DNA of 64,000 nucleotides. Origin: Pseudomonadota bacterium (lineage in GTDB: Bacteria > Bdellovibrionota > FAC87 > UBA2466). Below, in pieces: positions 58,995 to 64,000 of this stretch. The DNA is taken from NCBI GenBank assembly GCA_009927005.1, contig RFNV01000210.1, forward strand, positions 5,725-69,724. Direction: 5' to 3'. A model generated the notes under the pieces. The model was not told the origin of the DNA. It saw only the letters and a list, made by a program, of their open reading frames with translations, and did not search any database. The translations under genes and the position numbers were made by a program. Each line of letters starts with the position of its first letter. Position 1 is the first letter of the stretch.

Positions 58995-60210
58995 ATTCGC
59001 CAAAACAGTAAGGCAGCGATTCATACGAAGTCTGGCTTAAGTGGCACACTCGAAACTGTTTTCCTTTTTCGAGTGTGCCCAATTCCTTTTCAAGCCCTAG
59101 TGCCGCAGCTGCATTATAAGTAATAGCCGCCAAGCTTTCAGGAACCGTCATTTGCATTTGGCTGCAAGCAATCGTCGTCATTAGGGGTAAATTCCGGCTA
59201 GGACAGGTACCTGGATTAAAATCCGTTGAAATGGCAATTCGCGCTCCTGCATCCAAAAGCTTTCTAGCGGGTGCGTAAGCGGTTCCAGTAAAAAGTGAAG
59301 CCCCCGGACAAAGCACCCCCACCGTCTTTGAATTGGCCAAAGCGTTGATTCCTTTTTCAGAAATCTGCTCCAGGTGATCGATGCTCGTCGCTCCTAACTT
59401 CACTCCGAGTTCCACTCCGCCCAAATCTGTAAATTGATCTGCGTGAAGCTTTAGACTAAAGCCTGCTGCCAAAGCACACTCCAGCAACTTTTTGGTCTGG
59501 GCCAAATTGAAAAACCCTTCTTCGATAAACACATCGAAAAAACGAGCGAGTTTCAATCGAGATACTTCTGGAATCCATTCGCGGCAAATGACCTCTACAT
59601 ATTCATCGGTTCGGCCTTTAAACTCCGGAGGTGTCATGTGAGCAGGCAAAAAAGTTGGGACTAAATTGACTCCCGATGTTTCTTGAAGAGCTCTCACGGC
59701 CTCCAGCATTCGGCACTCACTTTCTAACGTCAGGCCATAGCCGCTTTTTACTTCAATGGTACCCACTCCATATCTTTGAAAGCGCTCTAATTCCGCTTGG
59801 GCATTGCTGACCATGTTCATGAGTGGTGTTTCTCTGATCGCTTTAAGAGTGGTAGCAATTCCCCCGCCCTCTTCTGCAATTTCTTGATAGGTCTTTCCCT
59901 TTACCCGAAGGGCGTAGTCGTGAGATCGGTCGCCCGCATGCACTAAATGAGTATGGCATTCGACAAGTTCAGGAATCCAAAGCTCTTCGGAACCCGCATA
60001 GGCGTTTACAATTTCTCCATACTCAAGAGGCATGAATTTAGAGGGCCCGATCCATTCTATTTCATTGGTTTCACTATTAACGACAATGTTTGCATTTTCA
60101 ATGAGTCCCAGATCAGATTCAGTCGTGTGTCGGCCCTCTTTTTTAGCGACTCCTTCAAGAGTCAGGACTTGGTCAATGTTGTGGTAAAGGACTAAATGAT
60201 CAGTTCTCAT
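58987..60210 (-). CDS. hutI: imidazolonepropionase HutI
   Basis: 407 aa amidohydrolase. Metal-binding ECHTHLV motif. Last gene of a hutH-hutU-hutI operon with overlapping junctions. Confidence 0.9.
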   Translation of the reverse strand: MRTDHLVLYHNIDQVLTLEGVAKKEGRHTTESDLGLIENANIVVNSETNEIEWIGPSKFMPLEYGEIVNAYAGSEELWIPELVECHTHLVHAGDRSHDYALRVKGKTYQEIAEEGGGIATTLKAIRETPLMNMVSNAQAELERFQRYGVGTIEVKSGYGLTLESECRMLEAVRALQETSGVNLVPTFLPAHMTPPEFKGRTDEYVEVICREWIPEVSRLKLARFFDVFIEEGFFNLAQTKKLLECALAAGFSLKLHADQFTDLGGVELGVKLGATSIDHLEQISEKGINALANSKTVGVLCPGASLFTGTAYAPARKLLDAGARIAISTDFNPGTCPSRNLPLMTTIACSQMQMTVPESLAAITYNAAAALGLEKELGTLEKGKQFRVCHLSQTSYESLPYCFGEFN

Positions 60211-61874
60211 GTTTTTAACATCGGAATTTTTACGTGCCGTTCTTTCGCTACTTGTTTTGCTTTTTCGTAACCCGCATCAGCGTGTCTGATGACTCCCATG
60301 CCGGGATCAGAAGCCAGCACTCGTTGAAGTCTTTTATCTGCTTCGACACTTCCATCTGCAAGCACGACCATTCCCGAGTGAATCGAATAACCAATCCCAA
60401 CTCCGCCACCGTGGTGAACGGAAACCCACGTGGCACCATTTACTGAATTAATCAGCGCATTGAGAATGGGCCAATCTGCTACCGCATCGCTACCATCTTT
60501 CATCGCTTCAGTTTCTCGATTGGGAGAAGCAACACTTCCGCAATCCAGATGATCACGACCAATCACGATAGGTGCTTTCACTTTCTTTTCTCCGACAAGC
60601 TGATTAAAAGCAAGCCCTGCTTTTTCTCTTTCCTGGTATCCCAACCAACAAATTCGTGCCGGCAATCCTTGAAAGTGAATCTTTTCTTTGGCTAAAGTCA
60701 GCCAGCGATGGAGTTCCTTTTTATGGGGAAACAACTCCATCAACACTTTATCAGTAACGTAGATATCTTGGGGATCTCCACTCAAAGCAACCCACCGAAA
60801 CGGCCCTAGGCCTTCACAGAAGAGCGGTCGGATATATTCCGGAACAAATCCTGGAATTTTAAAAGCATCGGCAACACCCTGCGCTTTGGCAACTGCCCGA
60901 ATATTATTTCCATAGTCAAAAGTAGGAATCCCTTTTTTCAGAAATTCCAAAAGACCTTCGACATGGGCCGCAATAGATTTCTCAGACCGCTTTATATATT
61001 CTTTTGGATCTTTGTTTCTGAGCTCAACTGCCTCAGCCATCGTTAGCCCAACTGGGTAGTAGCCCATCAGGGGATCGTGAGCGGAAGTTTGATCCGTCAC
61101 CATATCAGGTAGAAAATTTCCCTTCGCAATTTTAGGAATGAGCTCCGCTGCATTTCCAACAAGCCCGATTGAAATTGCTTTCTTTTCTTTGAGCGCTAAC
61201 TGAATTTCCTGAAGTGCTTTGGACAGATCGGTCTCCATTCTATCCAAGTACCCGGTTTCCATTCTTCGCTTAATGCGAGTGACATCAATATCGATTCCCA
61301 GAAAACAAGCTCCGTTCATGGTGGCAGCAAGCGGTTGGGCTCCCCCCATGCCTCCCATACCGGCCGATAAAACCCATCGTCCAGTGAGATCCCCACCAAA
61401 ATGTTTATTAGCTGCAGCTGCGAAGGTCTCATAAGTCCCTTGCACGATTCCCTGGGTCCCGATGTAAATCCAACTGCCTGCGGTCATCTGGCCAAACATC
61501 ATCAGCCCTTGAGCTTCTAGTTCGCGAAACTTTTCCCAATTTGCCCACTGGGGAACTAAGAGTGAGTTTGCTAAAAGAACCCGTGGAGCATCTGGGTGGC
61601 TTTTAAAAACCCCTACTGGCTTTCCCGATTGGATTAAGAGGGTTTCATCGTTTTCTAAATCCTGAAGCGCCTGAACAATGGCATCAAAACAATCCCAATT
61701 TCTCGCTGCTTTTCCAGAGCCTCCATAGACAATTAAGTCCTCCGGTCTTTCAGCTACATCAGGATCTAAATTGTTCATCAGCATTCGAAGAGCAGCTTCC
61801 TGCTGCCAACCTTTCGTGTGCAGTTCGGTTCCCCGGAAGGCTCTGATATTTTGATGTGAAATTTTTACTGCCAC
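60207..61874 (-). CDS. hutU: urocanate hydratase HutU
   Basis: 555 aa. NAD-binding [12 protein letters not shown]. Highly conserved urocanase pattern throughout. Confidence 0.92.
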   Translation of the reverse strand: MAVKISHQNIRAFRGTELHTKGWQQEAALRMLMNNLDPDVAERPEDLIVYGGSGKAARNWDCFDAIVQALQDLENDETLLIQSGKPVGVFKSHPDAPRVLLANSLLVPQWANWEKFRELEAQGLMMFGQMTAGSWIYIGTQGIVQGTYETFAAAANKHFGGDLTGRWVLSAGMGGMGGAQPLAATMNGACFLGIDIDVTRIKRRMETGYLDRMETDLSKALQEIQLALKEKKAISIGLVGNAAELIPKIAKGNFLPDMVTDQTSAHDPLMGYYPVGLTMAEAVELRNKDPKEYIKRSEKSIAAHVEGLLEFLKKGIPTFDYGNNIRAVAKAQGVADAFKIPGFVPEYIRPLFCEGLGPFRWVALSGDPQDIYVTDKVLMELFPHKKELHRWLTLAKEKIHFQGLPARICWLGYQEREKAGLAFNQLVGEKKVKAPIVIGRDHLDCGSVASPNRETEAMKDGSDAVADWPILNALINSVNGATWVSVHHGGGVGIGYSIHSGMVVLADGSVEADKRLQRVLASDPGMGVIRHADAGYEKAKQVAKERHVKIPMLKT

Positions 61875-63385
61875 AGTCCCTCTTTATTGCCTTTTTGATA
61901 AAGTTCGCCGGAATTCAAAAGATTAAAAGCTGTCTCAATATCTGGGTGGAGGTACCGGTCCACTTCCAGGACTGGGATTTGCTTTCTTATTTCGTGATGT
62001 AAAAAAGCAGGGCCTCGGCCGGGTTTCAGCGGCTTTCTAAAATCCAGAGCTTGGCACGCAGCCAAGGCTTCAATCGCTAGAACGTAAGTTGTATTTTGAA
62101 GTGCCGTTTTGGCCTTTCTCGCTGCTAGAGGTCCCATGCTGACATGGTCTTCTTTTTCATTCGAAGTTGGAATTGAATCGGTCGATGCTGGGTGACTCAA
62201 AAGTTTGTTTTCAGAAACAAGGGCAGCAGCTGCGACATGAGGAATCATAAACCCGCTGTTCACCCCTTCATCTTTAACTAAAAATGCAGGAAGCGAACTA
62301 AATTGGGGATCAATCAACTTTGCTGTTCTTCTTTCAGAAAGACTCGCCAACTCGGAAAGTGCCATCCCCAGAATATCCAAAGCAAATGCGACTGGTTGAC
62401 CATGAAAATTTCCTTGAGAAATCAATTCACCCGTTTTCGAGTTTACTAACGGATTATCAGTGGCAGCATTCAGCTCTACACTAAGGGTCTCTCGGACAAA
62501 TCTGAGTAGTTCTCGGATAGCTCCATGCACTTGAGGGGCACATCGAAACGAATAGGGATCTTGAACTCGGTCGCAACTCTCATGGCTTTTTGCGATTTCG
62601 CTTCCATCCATAAACCGTCGCACGAGTTCTGCACTTCGTTTCTGTCCTTGATAGGGCCGTGTTTCCTGAACCCAAGCGGCAAAAGCCTTTTCCGTTCCCA
62701 AAACTCCATCTAAGCTCGCAGATGCAATTAAATCTGCAAGATCCGCAAGCTCTTCCGCCTTTTTAAGATTGAGTACCCCCAGCGCTGTCATTTGCTGGGT
62801 ACCGTTGATGAGGGACAGTCCTTCTTTCGGAGCGAGCTCGATTGGTTTTATTTCCGCTTTTTCAAGAGCCGCTTTTCCAGTCATGCGCTTGCCCTCAAAA
62901 AAAGCTTCGCCTTCTCCAAGAACAACAGCAGCCAAATGAGCTAAAGGAGCTAGATCCCCACTCGCCCCCACCGACCCCTTGGTGGGAATGACGGGGTGAA
63001 CTTTTCGATTCAACATTTCGACAAGAAGTTCTACTAACTCTAACCGAACCCCGCTAAATCCCTTTGCGAGTACGTTTGTTCGAAGCAGAAGAATCGCTCT
63101 GCTTTCGGTCTCTGAGTGAACCTCTCCGATTCCCGAAGCATGACTTCGGATTAAATTCACTTGAAGCTCTTTTAACTTTTCGTTCGGCACTGTTACTTTG
63201 CTGAGGTAACCAAATCCAGTATTGATACTGTAAACTCGGTCTCCCTTTTTGATAGCTGTATCTACAATCGCTCGAGCAGCTTGGATGTTTTGTTTTGCTT
63301 CCTCAGATAAAGCGACTGGTTCCAAACCTAAGACAATCTGATGAAAAGATTCGACCGTTAAGCTGTTTCCATTCAAATAAACCAT
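61865..63385 (-). CDS. hutH: histidine ammonia-lyase HutH
   Basis: 506 aa. MIO-forming [15 protein letters not shown] motif. Confidence 0.92.
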   Translation of the reverse strand: MVYLNGNSLTVESFHQIVLGLEPVALSEEAKQNIQAARAIVDTAIKKGDRVYSINTGFGYLSKVTVPNEKLKELQVNLIRSHASGIGEVHSETESRAILLLRTNVLAKGFSGVRLELVELLVEMLNRKVHPVIPTKGSVGASGDLAPLAHLAAVVLGEGEAFFEGKRMTGKAALEKAEIKPIELAPKEGLSLINGTQQMTALGVLNLKKAEELADLADLIASASLDGVLGTEKAFAAWVQETRPYQGQKRSAELVRRFMDGSEIAKSHESCDRVQDPYSFRCAPQVHGAIRELLRFVRETLSVELNAATDNPLVNSKTGELISQGNFHGQPVAFALDILGMALSELASLSERRTAKLIDPQFSSLPAFLVKDEGVNSGFMIPHVAAAALVSENKLLSHPASTDSIPTSNEKEDHVSMGPLAARKAKTALQNTTYVLAIEALAACQALDFRKPLKPGRGPAFLHHEIRKQIPVLEVDRYLHPDIETAFNLLNSGELYQKGNKEGLWQ

Positions 63386-63388
63386 GAC

Positions 63389-64000
63389 CTAACGATTCCC
63401 CGCAGCACTTCTTAATTTTGAAATTTGTGAAGAATAGTCTTTTGATGAAAAGAGGCCAGTACCCACCACTGCAATGTCTACCCCTGCTTCGGCAACTTCC
63501 GCTATGTTTTCCAATTTAATTCCACCATCCATCTGAATTTTTACGTCGGAACCGATTAAATTCTTTTTGAGTTCTTTTACTCTATCAAGCATCGGCCCGA
63601 TGAATTTTTGTCCTCCAAATCCAGGGTTCACACTCATCACTAAAATGAAATCACAATGTTTAACCACGCTCTCTAAACTAAAAAGAGAGGTGCCTGGATT
63701 GATCGCAACCCCTGCTTTCATTCCCAAATCCCGAATTCGAGTGAGGGTTCTTTGGATGTGAGGACAAGCTTCCACATGGACGGAGAGCCAATTGCAACCC
63801 ACACGAGCAAACTCGTCTAAATACTTGTCTGCGTCTGAAATCATCAAATGGGCATCAAAAGGCAACTGGGTATGTTTGCGAACGCTTTCAAGAACCGTCG
63901 GTCCAAAAGTAATATTCGGTACAAAATGGCCATCCATGATGTCGAAATGAAGTACGTCGGCCCCTGCTTTTTCAAGCGCTATCACCTCTTCTTTGAGGCA
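63389..64000 (-). CDS. rpe: ribulose-phosphate 3-epimerase, partial (N-terminus beyond window end)
   Basis: ALEKAGADVLHFDIMDGHFVPNITFGP and the rest match Rpe. The frame remains open upstream of the GTG at 63983-63985 out to position 64000, and about 20 N-terminal residues are missing, so the gene continues off the window. Confidence 0.85.
   Translation of the reverse strand, partial: CLKEEVIALEKAGADVLHFDIMDGHFVPNITFGPTVLESVRKHTQLPFDAHLMISDADKYLDEFARVGCNWLSVHVEACPHIQRTLTRIRDLGMKAGVAINPGTSLFSLESVVKHCDFILVMSVNPGFGGQKFIGPMLDRVKELKKNLIGSDVKIQMDGGIKLENIAEVAEAGVDIAVVGTGLFSSKDYSSQISKLRSAAGNR

Overview
The window is a densely packed bacterial chromosomal segment of roughly 90% coding sequence. Genes overlap or abut at almost every junction, including convergent 3' ends. 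I found no rRNA, CRISPR array, transposase, integrase or phage genes. There is one tRNA-Cys (anticodon GCA). Recognisable content is housekeeping. It includes an AGCS-family amino-acid:cation symporter, a YkoF/SDR/rhodanese operon, ftsE-ftsX-envC-like, a lone pyruvate dehydrogenase E1 (aceE-like), def, a upp-like PRTase, a DnaQ-like exonuclease and a PAS histidine kinase. It also holds yceI, MtaB-like, mnmA and a cysteine desulfurase, then ntrY/ntrX-like-ispG-proS (archaeal-type ProRS), a PPTase and an RNase E/G-family gene. One 13-gene co-directional, translationally coupled array runs xseB-ispA-dxs-tlyA, three hypothetical envelope proteins, then purB-purC-purS-purQ-purL-purF. Further on are a LivJ-like orphan binding protein, a secreted alpha/beta hydrolase, tlpA, a PAP2 protein, nadC-nadB-nadA, a secreted papain-family protease, hutI-hutU-hutH (transcribed hutH to hutI) and a partial rpe. 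Many predicted secreted, lipoprotein or outer-membrane proteins, the secreted C1 protease and the extreme gene compaction resemble Bdellovibrio-like predatory bacteria; that is inference only. The most unusual items, in order: (1) an RNase E/G homologue with a ~290-aa acidic plus Arg/Asp/Asn-repeat disordered insertion inside its S1 domain; (2) three uncharacterised secreted/lipoprotein genes spliced into the isoprenoid/purine array, one a patatin-like lipoprotein with Gly in place of the catalytic Ser; (3) a translationally coupled UPRTase-like gene plus a membrane-anchored possible restriction-endonuclease-fold protein upstream of def-aceE; (4) an AGCS transporter with a ~160-aa hydrophilic insertion; (5) a strong orphan intrinsic terminator suggesting a small RNA. 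All calls come from reading the translated ORFs and the DNA by eye; no searches or computations were run.
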